Origin: Mobula hypostoma
Lineage: Eukaryota
Direction of reading: 5' to 3'
Assembly (NCBI RefSeq): GCF_963921235.1
Contig: NC_086097.1
Location: 214,894,001 to 214,958,000, forward strand
Length of the DNA stretch: 64,000 bases
Below, in pieces: positions 1-13,349 of the stretch. Below the pieces are notes generated by a model, which saw only the letters and a program-made list of their open reading frames with translations, searched no databases and was not told the origin of the DNA. Position numbers and translations under genes: made by a program. How positions within the stretch are numbered: position 1 is the stretch's first letter; each line of letters begins with the position of its first letter.

Positions 1-769
1 GACAGAGCCAAAGTAATCATGTTATGTTATACCTGACACCAGATATCAGAAACAAGCACCAGAGTTCTGCTGCTGAAGGTCAGAGGAAATTATTCTGGAA
101 GCCATCTTGGTAAGTGTAGTATTTCAGTGACTTGCAGGAATCCGTAGCTCACGATTTCTCAAAATTGGAGAACAGCATCTAAGCGCGTGTTAAAAACATT
201 AAGATCAACACATTCTTTTTTAAAGTTATGCACACTGCATTACCAGAATGTAGACTGCGCAGTTCCACCCTGACTCAGACTCACCTTAAACAGTGCTAAG
301 GAATTAAGCACATTGAGATGCTAAGTTTCTTCATGAGGAATCTGAATGGAGCACAGATCTGTAATAAAATGCTGCAAGCTTATTACAAGTGGGTTGGTCC
401 ATAATAAGTTTCAAACAAATTTCAAAGTAACTAAAGCAGATTTGAAAATTCACTTTCGTAATCTACTACATTTTATACTTGAGTATTTTACATATGGTTA
501 AGTTCACTACATGTCTGCACTACTTGGGAAATAAGAACAAAATACAATGTTTAATTTTGTTGAGCTTTATCACAGATCAAAAACACAAATTAAATTTCCA
601 AAAGTTTTATTACACCTTGCATTACTGGAAAACAGGTTTGCAGTGTTGTGCAGTGCATAAAGAATCCTTTGATAGTCAGCAAATCATTATACTGAAGCAC
701 AATACAATTGGCAAAGACATTTACTCATTTACTTCCTACAAAGACCAAAAACCAGAAACTTACATCTGG

Positions 770-898
770 AGGGATGTATGGAGGGAAGGAAGGCTGGGGC
801 GGGGTTCTGAGTTGGATGATCAGCCATAATCATAATAAATGGCGGTGCAGGCTCGAAGGGCCAAATGGCCTACTCCTGGACCTATTTTCTATGTTTCT
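770..898 (+). mobile_element. CR1 family A 3' stub
   Basis: Matches the 3' UTR of 8854-11766 (gggcc-aaat-ggcct hairpin, ttctatgtttcta tail). Confidence 0.85.
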
Positions 899-952
899 AA
901 TACTGAAATAGAAGTTTATTTGTATCCTTTTAACTGTTAAAGCTTATAATAA

Positions 953-1040
953 TACCATAAGATACAGAAGCAGAAGTAGGTCATTCGGCCCATCGAGTCT
1001 GCTCTGCCATTCAGTCATGGGCTGATCCAATTTGTCCAGT
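953..1040 (-). mobile_element. CR1 3' stub (B-like tail)
   Basis: Reverse complement resembles the 3' ends at 12830-12912 and 6170-6252. Confidence 0.65.
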
Positions 1041-1489
1041 CGATATAAAAAAATTCTGTATGTCACCTTACCTGGTTAATGCTATTTCACGACAAAACAA
1101 TGCAGCACTTCCTGAACAAAATCTTTGGGAATTGGGCTGACAGTATTAAGAGTATGAGAGGTAACCAGGGAGGCAATTGTACAAGCTGTATGCTTTTGTT
1201 TCTCCTTTCCACACTTCTTTTACAAAACAATCTCTTGCCCTTCGATTACAATAAAAACAGAAATTCAAATTTACAAACGTAATTCAGTTAATTTTAGCCT
1301 TCATAGAAGCTTGGAAAATGTATTGATCGAATTAGTCATTTTGCAAGTGCACCCCACTAAAAATGTGGAAGGCAAAGTGCATTTTGCATTGAAATGGGAT
1401 TTGTGGTAAAGGTATGTTGGGGCTTATAATTAAGAAAATGAATTTTAGTGAATTGACATACATATAATTCACCTGCAAACTTCTACAAA

Positions 1490-1957
1490 AGATGACAAAA
1501 AGTAGTGGATACAGCCCAGTCCAGCATGGATAAAGCCCTCCCCATCACGGAGCATAGCTACTTGGAGCACTGTTGCTGGAACAGGAAGAAGGTACAGGAG
1601 GCTCAACACCCGCACTACCAGGTTCAGGAACAGTTATTACCCCTCAACCACCAGGCTCATTGATCCAGAAGGGATAACTTCACTCACCCCATCACAGAAC
1701 TGTCCCCACAACCTAGGTACTCACTTCTGGACTCTTCACCTCATGTTCTCATTATTCATTGCATATTTTATTATTATTATCATCTTTTTGTATTTGCATT
1801 ATTTGTTGTCTTTCACACACTGGTGTTTTACTGTTTTGTTGGGTGCAGTCTTTCATTGATCCCTTGTATTTACTATGAATGCCCGCAAGAAAATCAACCT
1901 CAGGATTGTATATGGTGTCATATAAGTAGTTTGATAATAAATTTACTTTGAACTTTA
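1490..1957 (+). mobile_element. Rex1/Babar-like LINE 3' fragment
   Basis: Similar to the minus-strand element at 17109-17830; ends aataaatttactttgaacttt. Confidence 0.6.
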
Positions 1958-2132
1958 AAATCTATCCTTTGCACAAAGACAACACAGGATAAATTGTCTT
2001 CTTCTAGCATTTCGGAATTAAACAGGAGAGATTCACATCAAAATGTCGTCATTTAGTATTAAATGTGATTCTCTACTCAGATGTGGGCTCAATTTGCGAG
2101 ACTCTCTGATGTTCATTGTCTAAGGACATCAA

Positions 2133-2138
2133 TTTATT
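2133..2138 (-). terminator. Candidate GGH polyadenylation signal AATAAA (another at 2667-2672)
   Basis: tttatt on + strand ~550 nt past the stop; motif only, usage unknown. Confidence 0.35.
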
Positions 2139-2688
2139 TTTGTCAAAGTATTCTGGATGGGAAAGCCATAATGTATTCAGATACACTATTCAGTTAAAAT
2201 TCTTTTAGAATCTATACAAGTACAAAATTGAGAATCTGGTTTTAAATTTAGTGTGATTTGCTAAAAGTATGAATTGGAGGAACTTCACCCTCAAGATAGT
2301 AAACATATTCCTCATGGAGCTTGTTACTTCAGAAATGCAGAAACCAGTACCGATAGTACAATGAAGCAGCGATGATGTGCTTTTGCCAATATCAACTTCT
2401 ATAGCCAAAACTGTAGCCTTACCCACCAGATGATCCAAGTTAGTCAGGAAAAGTGAGCAAAAAGCAAAAATATCTCACAATATCCATTAACTTTATCCTG
2501 ACAGTGTCAGTGTCCACAGAATTATACATTATTTTCTATAGGCCACAAAGTTAACATAACTATTTTTATATTAGAACTAATAGAATCAAGTGATTACATT
2601 TAAAGGATACATGGTTGGGAAGCCATACAATTTCAAATGGTTCTCCACATCTTGGCACACAGATGATTTATTTGCCAAAGCCCACTTC

Positions 2689-2825
2689 TTAACTGAAGGA
2701 GGGTTTATCAATTACATAAATCTGTTCAAAGCTGGAGATGTTGCCAGCATAAATTGGTGCATAGTTATAGATCAAAGCCCCCTCTTCTTCTTTTTCATTA
2801 GGAAAATGATGCCAATTCTTCTGAG
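2689..2825 (-). CDS. GGH: GGH last coding exon (9) to TAA stop
   Basis: ttcttttccag|CT CAG AAG AAT TGG CAT CAT TTT...TTC AGT TAA; (A)QKNWHHFPNEKEEEGALIYNYAPIYAGNISSFEQIYVIDKPSFS*. Confidence 0.95.
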
Positions 2826-3681
2826 CTGGAAAAGAAGGAAGTAACAATCAGATTTTAAAGCTTATGTACTGACTTACAACATTTGCAATTTTGAAGTGAA
2901 TAAAGGAAATAAAAAAATGTATGAAATGGCATTGCCAGTGCCAGGAAATTACATCATGTATGTGATGAAGAGATGAATTACCAGTGAGTGCAGAAACAAC
3001 CAAAGCTTGGATTTCTGCTAGTCTATGAGAAATAAATGTAAGGGTGGATTCCATATTGAGATTATCAGGCGCTATAGAAGGTAATCCAAATTATCTAAAT
3101 ATGGAACATAAATCAAAAGTATCAATTATAAGAGCACGCTTACAAATAATAAATGATATACAGGTAGATATACTGAAAGAGTTCATGGAAAATGGGGGAT
3201 GTCTCAGAATTGGCCTGAGGAAGGGAGACAGCTAATGAGTCAGTTCAAAGAGGAAATTTCTGTTTCTAATAAACGTTATGAACTTGTGCAAGTAAGATAG
3301 ATTGGGCGCAGAGGATGTTGTCATGAGGGGAATCAGAATGGATTTTAACCTGCAAGTTTTGCCCAATTTTCGTTAATCTTTACAATTAGTGCATTATCAC
3401 CTTTGATGGTGGCAAACTTGATGAATCTGTTTTTAATTCCAGTCTCAGTTTTGATGAGGTAGCCTTAGTGTAACTTGAACAACTTGTGAATGCCTATGCC
3501 TCGAACAGCAGAAAGATACTAATATTACTTTTCCATTTAAAAGCTTTCTCAGGTCATGTTCAACTCCACAAATTCTCCAAAGTAGATCATCAATTTGGTT
3601 AATTGCTATAAATCATTTCCCAAATCACAAACAATTAAAACAAATCTAGTATCATAGATTAATTATGTTAAGTGGTCATAC

Positions 3682-3819
3682 CTTCACTAACAAAAAAGTC
3701 AGCCATGTACCATGTTAGTTTGACAGCATTGCTGGTATGTGGGATGCTGATGTTTGGATTCCACTCATAAGGGTTTTTCTCTGGATGCCACTGAACTCCA
3801 TAAATGGGGTAGCTGTGTG
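3682..3819 (-). CDS. GGH: GGH coding exon 8 (138 bp), contains catalytic His (QWHPE)
   Basis: gttgcag|CA CAC AGC TAC CCC...AGT GAA G|gtatga; (A)HSYPIYGVQWHPEKNPYEWNPNISIPHTSNAVKLTWYMADFFVSE. Confidence 0.96.
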
Positions 3820-4555
3820 CTGCAACAATGCAAACCATTCATCATTTCCTTTATACAATCAATGAGCATAACTGTTCTATGAAATTCATTCACAGTAACT
3901 CACTGAAATCCTTACCGGAAATGTATGCTTCAACTACATACACTACATCTAAAAAGTGTTTAATTCTCTCTTTACACAAGTTCTTAAAACACATGATTCA
4001 GATCAATGAGTAAATACAGATGTTTCTCTGTGGAATGTACAAACGTTTGTAATTATCCTTCGGAGAAAGAAAAATCAATACAGAAATTACAAATTTCATT
4101 ATAAAAGTTACTCCTGATTGGATTTTGCAGAGTAGGACTGGAAAAGTACTGCAATGCAAACACAAAATTGTTAAGCAGGTTTAATTCTTTCATTCTTCTC
4201 TCCTCATTAATACAATGTGCACCTGAATAGTTACTTTTCCATTCCAAAACACTGCTCTGTGGAAATTACATACAATCCATAGTTTAATCATTCTGCATGT
4301 GCGGCTCCATGCTAAATTTGTCAAGAGGTAGGAGTTGATGACACTGAAGGATTATAAAAATATTTTTAAAATAGAAATAAAGATTTTATTAAACTAGTAA
4401 AGTGTTAATGAATTAAAAGCTATAGAATTAGATTAACTTGCATTAATGAAATCTAAATCAGGTGTGCTTTTTTGTGGACTTTGGGATAAGAGACACAACT
4501 GATTAAAATCCAGGGAAGGGGTATAAATCTTTTGGTCCAGATTTGTTCTATTTCA

Positions 4556-4915
4556 TTTGTTCATTCATTATGTGCCCTGTCATATGACATGAGCGATCAT
4601 GGTCAGGATTGTTCTTGGCAGATTTTTTTCTAATGAAGTGGTTTGCCATTGCCAGTGTCTTTACAAGACAGGTGACCCCAGCCATTATCAATACCCTTCA
4701 GGATTGTCTGGCATCAGTGGTCACATAACCAGGACTTGTGGCATGTATTAGCTGCTCACTTGACCATCCACCTCCTGCTCCCATGGCTTCATGTGACCCC
4801 GATCGGTCGGACTAAAGAGGTGCTACACCTTGCCCAAGGGTGACCTGCAAACTAGCAGAGGGAAGGAGCGCCTTGCATCTCATTTGGAAGAGACTTATCT
4901 CCACCCCAACACCCA
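4556..4915 (-). mobile_element. Short non-autonomous element with RTE-type 3' motif
   Basis: Minus strand has ggcaatggcaaaccacttc, resembling RTE/Bov-B-related SINE ends; GC-richer than flanks. Confidence 0.45.
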
Positions 4916-5574
4916 GTGTTATATTTAGACCAGTCAAATGTATTACACTAAATGTTTTGATATGCTAACCAGAACTGTAGCAATTAAACTGTATTTTTGG
5001 CTGTAAAAATAGATTATTAATGGAAATAACTGAGGTTGTCAATTAAGAATTTATATGAACTAATGTATATCAAAAATGCACGTAAAAACATAAGTATTTC
5101 ACTAATCTAATTGTACGAGAGTGGTGTTTTAATCATCAGCAAAATAATGCAAGCCTAATTATTTGTATTAGAATTGAACCATGTCCATTAGCACCGTTGC
5201 ATTCTTGTTAGGATATGCTGGAACACTGCTGCCGAAAATGAAAACAACATTTAAATATATAAGAAAAAAAACTTTATTTTACTGGCAGAATGGGGCAAAG
5301 ACATTCTGGATACACCCAAATGTACGATCTGTGTACAGCTGGAGAATGCTCATCTCTATCACTCCCAAGCTGGCCGCTTGTTTCTCCAGTCACCTGTACC
5401 ATCTGGTGGTGTCATACAAACAGAAACCTTTAGCAATAGTAACAATGGAAAGAAGAAATCACAGCAGTAGCCTATTTTCTGAAGAATGAGGAAAATTACA
5501 ACACTTAGAATGGATTTAAATCAATCCAAGGAAACTCATGTGTTTATTAATTAGAACTGTTAATTTGAAAATAC

Positions 5575-5668
5575 CTTCCATTGTAGATATAAATTCAATC
5601 TGTTGGCTGTCTGTATTAGTGGTCAAGATCTTGTAGAAGTTTTTCAAATCTTCATTCCTTTCAAATTG
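5575..5668 (-). CDS. GGH: GGH coding exon 7 (94 bp)
   Basis: aattttag|CAA TTT GAA...ATG GAA G|gtattt; QFERNEDLKNFYKILTTNTDSQQIEFISTME. Confidence 0.95.
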
Positions 5669-5898
5669 CTAAAATTAAATCATAAAAAAATTAATGCACG
5701 CCATCAACAAGATTTTCAATGATGTTCTGCTGATCTGGGCAAAGCAAGACACTCTAAGATGATGCAATTTCCTTCAATTCATAGTGATTGATACAGAAAC
5801 CCTTGTTCACTATTCTCTGCTGAAAATTTTATTGGATGGTGTGTAATATCAAACCACAAAAACAAGGATACTTGTGAGAAACCTCACTGGAATCACTG

Positions 5899-6252
5899 GC
5901 CTGAACAGATTAGATATGGCAAAGTTATTTCCCATGGTAGTGGAGTCTAGGACAAGAGGGCATGACTTCAGAATTGAAGGATGTCCTTTTAGAACTGAAA
6001 TGTGGAGAAATTACTTTTGTCAGAGGGTGGTAAATCTGTGGAATGTGTTGTCACAAGCAGCTGTGGAGGCCAAGTCATTGGGTGTATTTAAGGCAGAGAT
6101 AAATAGGTTCTTGACTAGCAAGGGCATCAGAGGGTATGGGGTGAAAGCAGGTGAGTGGAGATGACTGGAAGAATTGGATCAGCCCATGAATGAATGCCGG
6201 AGCAGATTCGAAGGGCCAAATGGCCTACTTCTGCTCCTATATTTTATGGTAT
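5899..6252 (+). mobile_element. CR1 5'-truncated 3' fragment
   Basis: ORF 5874..6164 gives CR1 ORF2 C-terminus (LFPMVVESRTRGH...QRVVNLWN) plus the 3' hairpin. Confidence 0.85.
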
Positions 6253-6789
6253 TGCACGGTCAGTTACCCGAAAGGAAGTACTAATATGAAAAACATCAAT
6301 AAAACCAAAATTCCATGGTTATTTAGATACTTGCCCCCAAAGAATTTTCATTGTTTGCTGCTATTTTCTGCAAACAATTATATGGGCAGAAAATGTTCAT
6401 AAAACTAACTTCCTCATAAGTTTCCCCATTTCTTACGCATTATCTCAGTGATCCAGACCATCCTAGCAATGGCCAGGATCTTCTCCAATGAGTAGCATAT
6501 GCTGCAATCCAACAAAAGAAGATAAGAAAAATAGTGTTGTGCCAAAAAAGGTCCAAGTGGCACTGAACAAAGGAATGATTGGCTGGGGGGGGGAGGGTTC
6601 ACTGCCATCTCTGGGGTTGCCAGTAAGTGCCTGGTGAATCTAGTGTCATGGATTGCAATGAGGGACGGATCTCAGTGATGGCTGGACAGTGATCGATAAG
6701 CCACTCTGCTGATCCAATCAAAGCAAGGCAGGTCACGTGATCCAGTTCAACAACCGAGCTTATACATCCTGATTCTTTGTGCGGCTGTT

Positions 6790-6920
6790 GGCAAAACACT
6801 GCAGACATGGAAATCTAAACAAAGACAGAAAATGGTGTCAAAGCTCAGATCAGCATTTATGAAGAGAGAAACAGAGCTAATATTTAAGGTTGATAATCCT
6901 GCATCAGAACAGGGAACAGT
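6790..6920 (-). repeat. Old decayed Penelope-type terminal fragment
   Basis: ctgcagacatggaaatc...cagcatttatgaagagag resembles the reverse complement of the tail and arm of the elements at 25355 and 36936. Confidence 0.35.
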
Positions 6921-7256
6921 TAAAAGAATTAAAAAGGTGGAAGACAAGAAAGATCAAAGAACAGAGCTTGTTGAAAGAGGATAGAAATGGTTAGTAAATA
7001 GTACATCATGTCTGGAGCAGGTCAAAACAGGAAAAGGTGGAAAAAAAATAGGAGTACTAGATATGTGAGACACAAGGCTGGCAATCATAGATCTCTTTTG
7101 TCTCCACCAACTCTTTTAATTATTTGTAAAGACAGGGCTTTAATATATTAATTATACTGTTTTAAAATACTATTCCTTAAAAATTTTGCATCTAATTTCT
7201 TATCTTGGACATTAGAAATTTCAGTTACTGAAAAAAGAATGATAGGTATTCTTGTG

Positions 7257-10200
7257 TGCAGGTTTACTCGAGCTGTTGGGAGTGGTTTAAACTGATATGG
7301 CAGGGGAATGGGAACCAGTATGGTAGAGCTAAGGAGGAGTCAGCAGGTTTACAAGTAGATGATGGGTGTAACATGAACGTAAGGAAGGACAAGCCAATGA
7401 TTGGGTACAAATGCAGACAGCACAAAGAGTTAAATTGCACCACAGAGGCAAAATTCAAAAGGGCGAAGAATGCAGGACAGAGATGCTGTATTTAAATATG
7501 CGTAGCATTCGGAATAAGGTGGATGAACTCGTGGCACAATGAGAGATTGGTTGGTGTGATGTTGTGGGCATCACTGAGTCATGGCTGAAAGGCGGCCACA
7601 GTTGAAAGCTTCAGCCACCTCTGCTCTGCTGTCATCCCCGCCAGTATCCTTCTCCAATCCACCTGGGCAAGATACCTTGTATTGAAAGGACAGGCAGAAA
7701 GGCAATAGTGTGGCTCTGTTGGTAAGAGATGGAATTACATCTTTAGAAAGAGGTGACAGAGGGTCAGAGAATGTTCAATCTTTGTGGGTGAAGTAAGAAA
7801 CTGCAAGGGTACAAAAAACATTCTGGGAATCACATAAAAGCTTCCAAACAGTAGCCAAGATGTGGGGTTGAGATTGCAAAGGGAGCTGGAAATGGCATGT
7901 AATAGAGATAATATCACAGGTAATGGGGGACTTCAACATGCAAGGGGATTAGGAAAATCAGGTTGGTGTCAGATTGCAAGAGAGGGAATTTGTTGAATAC
8001 CTACGAGATGGCTTTTTTGAATATCTTGTGCTTGAGCTTACTTGGGGAAAGGCTATCTTAGATTGGGTGTTGCGTAATAACCCAGATCTTATTAGGGAGC
8101 TTAATGTAAAGGAATCCTTAGGAGGTAGTGATCATAATATGATTGAATTCATACTGCAATTTGAGAGGGAGAAGCATAAGTTTTTTTTCAGTCCCAGATA
8201 TTGGACCATTGGACAATGATGTTGGTGAGGTAGTAGTGGGGGACAAAGAAATGGCAGATGAACTTATTGAGTGCTTTGCAACAGTCTTCTCTGTGGAAGA
8301 CAATAGCAGTGTGCCAGAGGTCTGCTAGTGTCAGGGATCAGGAGTGAGTGCCATTGCTATTACAAAGGGAAAAGTCCTAGGCAAGCTCAAAGGTCTTAAG
8401 GTGGATAAGTCACCTGGACCAGATGGACTACATCCCAGAGTCCTGAGGGAGGTTGCTGAAGAGATAACAGATGCATTGGTCATGATCTTTCAAGAATCAC
8501 TTGATTCTGGAATGGCCCCAGAGTACTGAAAATTGAAAATATCACTCCACTCTTTAAGGGAGGAAGGCAAAAGATATGAAATTATAGGCCAGTTACCTAA
8601 CCTCAGTGGCTGGGAAAGTGTTGGAGTCTATTACTAAGGATGAGGTTTTGGGGTACTTGGAGACTAATGATAAAAATAAGTTAAAGTCAGCATGGTTTCT
8701 GGGAAGGGAAATCTTGCTTGACAGATCTGTTAGAGTTCTTTGAGGAAGTAACAAGCAGGGTGGACAAAGGAGAGGCAGTGGATGTCAGTTACTTGGATTT
8801 TCAGAAGGGATTTGATAAGGTGCCACACATGAGGCTGCTTAACAAGATAAACAAGAGTTGTAAAAGAGCGCCTGAAGGCTTTATGTGTCAATGCAAGGAG
8901 CATTCGTAATAAGGTGGATGAATTGAAAGTGCAGATTGTTATTAATGATTATGATATAGTTGGGATCACAGAGACATGGCTCCAGGGTGACCAGGGATGG
9001 GAGCTCAACGTTCAGGGATATTCAATATTCAGGAGGGATAGATATGAAGGAAGGGGAGGTGGGGTGTCGTTGCTGGTTAAAGAAGAGATTAACGCAATAG
9101 AAAGGAAGGACATAAGCCGGGAAGATGTGGAATCGATATGGGTAGAGCTGCGTAACACTAAGGGGCAGAAGACGCTGGTGGGAGTTGTGTACAGGCCACC
9201 TAACAGTAGTAGTGAGGTCGGAGATGGTATTAAACAGGAAATTAGAAATGTGTGCAATAAAGGAACAGCAGTTATAATGGGTGACTTCAATCTACATGTA
9301 GACTGGGTGAACCAAATTGGTAAAGGTGCTGAGGAAGAGGATTTCTTGGAATGTATGCGGGATGGTTTTTTGAACCAACATGTCGAGGAACCAACTAGAG
9401 AGCAGGCTATTCTGGACTGGGTTTTGAGCAATGAGGAAGGGTTAATTAATGATCTTGTCGTGAGAGGCCCCTTGGGTAAGAGTGACCATTATATGGTGGA
9501 ATTCTTCATTAATATGGAGAGTGAGATAGTTAATTCAGAAACAAAGGTTCTGAACTTAAAGAGGGGTAACTTTGAAGGTATGAGACGTGAATTAGCTAAG
9601 GTAGACTGGCAAATGACACTTCAAGGATTGACGGTGGATATGCAATGGCAAGCATTTAAAGGTTGCATGGATGAACTACAACAATTGTTCATCCCAGTTT
9701 GGCAAAAGAATAAATCAAGGAAGGTAGTGCACCCGTGGCTGACAACAGAAATTAGGGATAGTATCAATTCCAAAGAAGTAGCATACAAATTAGCCAGAGA
9801 AAGTGGCTCACCTGAGGACTGGGAGAAATTCAGAGTTCAGCAGAGAAGGACAAAGGGCTTAATTAGGAAGGGGAAAAAAGATTATGAGAGAAAACTGGCG
9901 GGGAACATAAAAACGGACTGTAAAAGCTTTTATAGATATGTAAAAAGGAAAAGACTGGTAAAGACAAATGTAGGTCCCCTGCAGACAGAAACAGGTGAAT
10001 TGATTATGGGGAGCAAGGACATGGCAGACCAATTGAATAATTACTTTGGTTCTGTCTTCACTAAGGAGGACATAAATAATCTTCCGGAAATAGAAAGGGA
10101 CAGAGGGTCCAGTGAGATGGAGGAACTGAGTGAAATACATGTTAGTAGGGAAGTGGTGTTAGGTAAATTGAAGGGATTGAAGGCAGATAAATCCCCAGGG

Positions 10201-12912
10201 CCAGATGGTCTGCATCCTAGAGTGCTTAAGGAAGTAGCCCAAGAAATAGTGGATGCATTAGTGATAATTTTTCAAAACTCGTTAGATTCTGGACTAGTTC
10301 CTCAGGATTGAAGGGTGGCTAATGTAACCCCACTTTTTAAAAAAGGAGGGAGAGAGAAACCGGGGAATTATAGACCGGTTAGCCTAATGTCGGTGGTGGG
10401 GAAACTGCTGGAGTCAGTTATCAAGGATGTGATAACAGCACATTTAGAAAGCGGTGAAATGATCGGACAAAGTCAGCATGGATTTTTGAAAGGAAAATCA
10501 TGTCTGACGAATCTCATAGAATTTTTTGAGGATGTAACTAGTAGAGTGGATAGGGGAGAACCAGTGGATGTGGTATATTTGGATTTTCAAAAGGCTTTTG
10601 ACAAGGTCCCACACAGGAGATTAGTGTGCAAACTTAAAGCACACGGTATTGGGGGTAAGGTATTGGTGTGGGTGGAGAATTGGTTAGCAGACAGGAAGCA
10701 AAGAGTGGGAATAAACAGGACCTTTTCAGAATGGCAGGCGGTGACTAGTGGGGTACCGCAAGGCTCAGTGCTGGGACCCCAGTTGTTTACAATATATATT
10801 AATGACTTGGATGAGGGAATTAAATGCAGCATCTCCAAGTTTGCGGATGACACGAAGCTGGGTGGCAGTGTTAGCAGTGAGGAGGATGCTAAGAGGATGC
10901 AGGGTGACTTGGATAGGTTGGGTGAGTGGGCAAACTCATGGCAGATGCAATTTAATGTGGATAAATGTGAAGTTATCCACTTTGGTGGCAAAAATAGGAA
11001 AACAGATTATTATCTGAATGGTGGCCGATTAGGAAAAGGGGAGGTGCAACGAGACCTGGGTGTCATTATACACCAGTCATTGAAAGTGGGCATGCAGGTA
11101 CAGCAGGCGGTGAAAAAGGCAAATGGTATGCTGGCATTTATAGCGAGAGGATTCGAGTACAGGAGCAGGGAGGTACTACTGCAGTTGTACAAGGCCTTGG
11201 TGAGACCACACCTGGAGTATTGTGTGCAGTTTTGGTCCCCTAATCTGAGGAAAGACATCTTTGCCATAGAGGGAGTACAAAGAAGGTTCACCAGATTGAT
11301 TCCTGGGATGGCAGGACTTTCATATGAAGAAAGACTGGATGAACTGGGCTTGTACTCGTTGGAATTTAGAAGATTGAGGGGGGATCTGATTGAAACGTAT
11401 AAGATCCTAAAGGGATTGGACAGGCTAGATGCAGGAAGATTGTTCCCGATGTTGGGGAAGTCCAGAACGAGGGGTCACAGTTTGAGGATAGAGGGGAAGC
11501 CTTTTAGGACTGAGATTAGGAAAAACTTCTTCACACAGAGAGTGGTGAATCTGTGGAATTCTCTGCCACAGGAAACTGTTGAGGCCAGTTCATTGGCTAT
11601 GTTTAAGAGGGAGTTAGATATGGCCCTTGTGGCTACAGGGGTCAGGGGGTATGGAAGGAAGGCTGGGGCGGCGTTTTGAGTTGGATGATCAGCCATGATC
11701 ATAATAAATGGCGGTGCAGGCTCGAAGGGCCGAATGGCCTACTCCTGCACCTATTTTCTATGTTTCTAAAATCATATGGTGTTATAGGAAATATACTGGC
11801 ATGGATAGAGGAATGGCTGACAGGCAGGAGGCAGCAAGTGGGAATAAAAGGGGGCCTTTTCTGATTGGCTGCCAGTGACTAGTGGTGTTCTTCAGGAGCC
11901 AGTATTGGGTCCGTTACTTTTCACATTGTTGTCAATGATTTGGAGAAATGAATTGATGGCCTTGTGGCAAAGTTTGCAGATGATATGAAGATAGGTGGAG
12001 GGGTAGGTAGTGCTGAGGAAGCAATGTGATTGCAGCAGGACTCAGTCAAATTAGAAGAATGGGGGAAAAGTGGCAGATGGAATACAGTGTTGGGAATTGT
12101 ATGATAATGTATTTTGGTAAAAGAAACAATAATGCAGACTATTATCTAAATGGGTAGAAAAGTCAAACATCAGAGGTGTAGAGGTACTTAGAAGTGCTCA
12201 TGCAAGACTCCCAGAAGGTTAATTTACATCTTGAGTCTGTGGTAAAGGCGGCAAATGCAATGTTGGCATTTTATTTTAAGGGGAATAGATTATAAAAGCA
12301 AAGAGATAATGCTGAGGCTTTATAAGACACTAGTCAGACCACTCTTAGAGAGTACTGTCAACAGTTTTGGGCCCCACATCTCAGAAAAGATATGTTGTTA
12401 TTGGAGAGTTAGTGGAGGTTCATGAGGATGATTCTGGGAATAAAGGGGTTAACATATGAGGAATGTTTGTCAGCTTTGGGCCTGTACTCAATAGAATTTA
12501 GAAGAATGCGGGGGGGGGGGGCGATCTCATTGAAGGCTACCGATTCTTGAAAGGACTTGACAGGGTGGATACTGAGAGGATGTTTCCTATGGCACGCGTA
12601 TCCAGAACTAGAGGTCACAGCCCCAAAATTGAGGGGTGATCTTTCAGAACAGAAGTAAGGAGGATTATTTTTTAGACAGAGAATAGTGGATCTGTTGAAT
12701 GCTCTGCCACAGACAGCGGTAGAGGCTAAGCCCGTGGGTATATTTAAAGTGGAAGTTGATAGTTTCCTGATTGGTCAGGGCATAAAAGGATACGGTGAGA
12801 AGACAGGTGTATGGGGTTGAGTGGGATCCAGGATCAGCCATGATGGAATGGTGGAGCAGACTCGATGGGTTGAATGGACTAATTCTGCTCCTATGTCTTT
12901 ATAGTCTTATGA
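7257..12912 (+). mobile_element. CR1 family B, degenerate (ORF1 end, APE, RT, 3' UTR), interrupted by a family A copy
   Basis: Fragmented APE/RT ORFs (7974, 8344, 8718); RT resumes at 11768; tail ctatgtctttatagtcttatg. Confidence 0.88.
8854..11766 (+). mobile_element. CR1 family A, 5'-truncated, young; ORF2 (APE+RT) broken by one TGA at ~10309
   Basis: ORFs 8914..10311 and 10315..11679 are in the same frame: GITETW, GDFN, SDH, YLDFQKAFDKV, GVPQGSVLGP, FADD. Inserted in family B with a short taaa duplication. Confidence 0.95.
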
Positions 12913-13200
12913 GGAATCTTCTTAGAAGCAGTCAAGTCCCTTTAGGTTTTTTCAGCAGATCATTGTAGACAGGGTGTTTACAGATTAACTGAATTCTTTG
13001 AATATTACATTTGCAGTTTCAATTAAAACCTTGGCAATATTTTAACAACTTGAAACAAGTAATGTCTATAAACAGCACAAAACGCACCACACAAAGTAGT
13101 TTTAATGTGTGGAGAGAATCATCTGGTTACTTATACTGTGCATTAGCTTTTAGTTTATATGTCCAAGAGCTTTATGGCTGGAAGGTGCTAGTTACCGGAC

Positions 13201-13307
13201 CTCTACAGAAAGACTCCACTTGTGGAAATTTCCAGTTAAAGGTTCTACAACCAATGCTTTCATCAAATCTTCAGGAACGTTCTTAAACATCCTACTGGTT
13301 GCTGCAG
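13201..13307 (-). CDS. GGH: GGH coding exon 6 (107 bp)
   Basis: tttgctcag|CT GCA GCA ACC AGT AGG ATG TTT...GTA GAG|gtccgg; (A)AATSRMFKNVPEDLMKALVVEPLTGNFHKWSLSVE with the conserved NFHKWSLS. Confidence 0.95.
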
Positions 13308-13349
13308 CTGAGCAAAATGAAATAAACGATTTAGAATAACATTTTTTTA

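Noticed and set aside
1..2600. Exons of a convergent neighbouring gene, and short ORFs such as 479..829
   Set aside because: No recognisable protein; 479..829 and 708..911 run into a CR1 3' stub.
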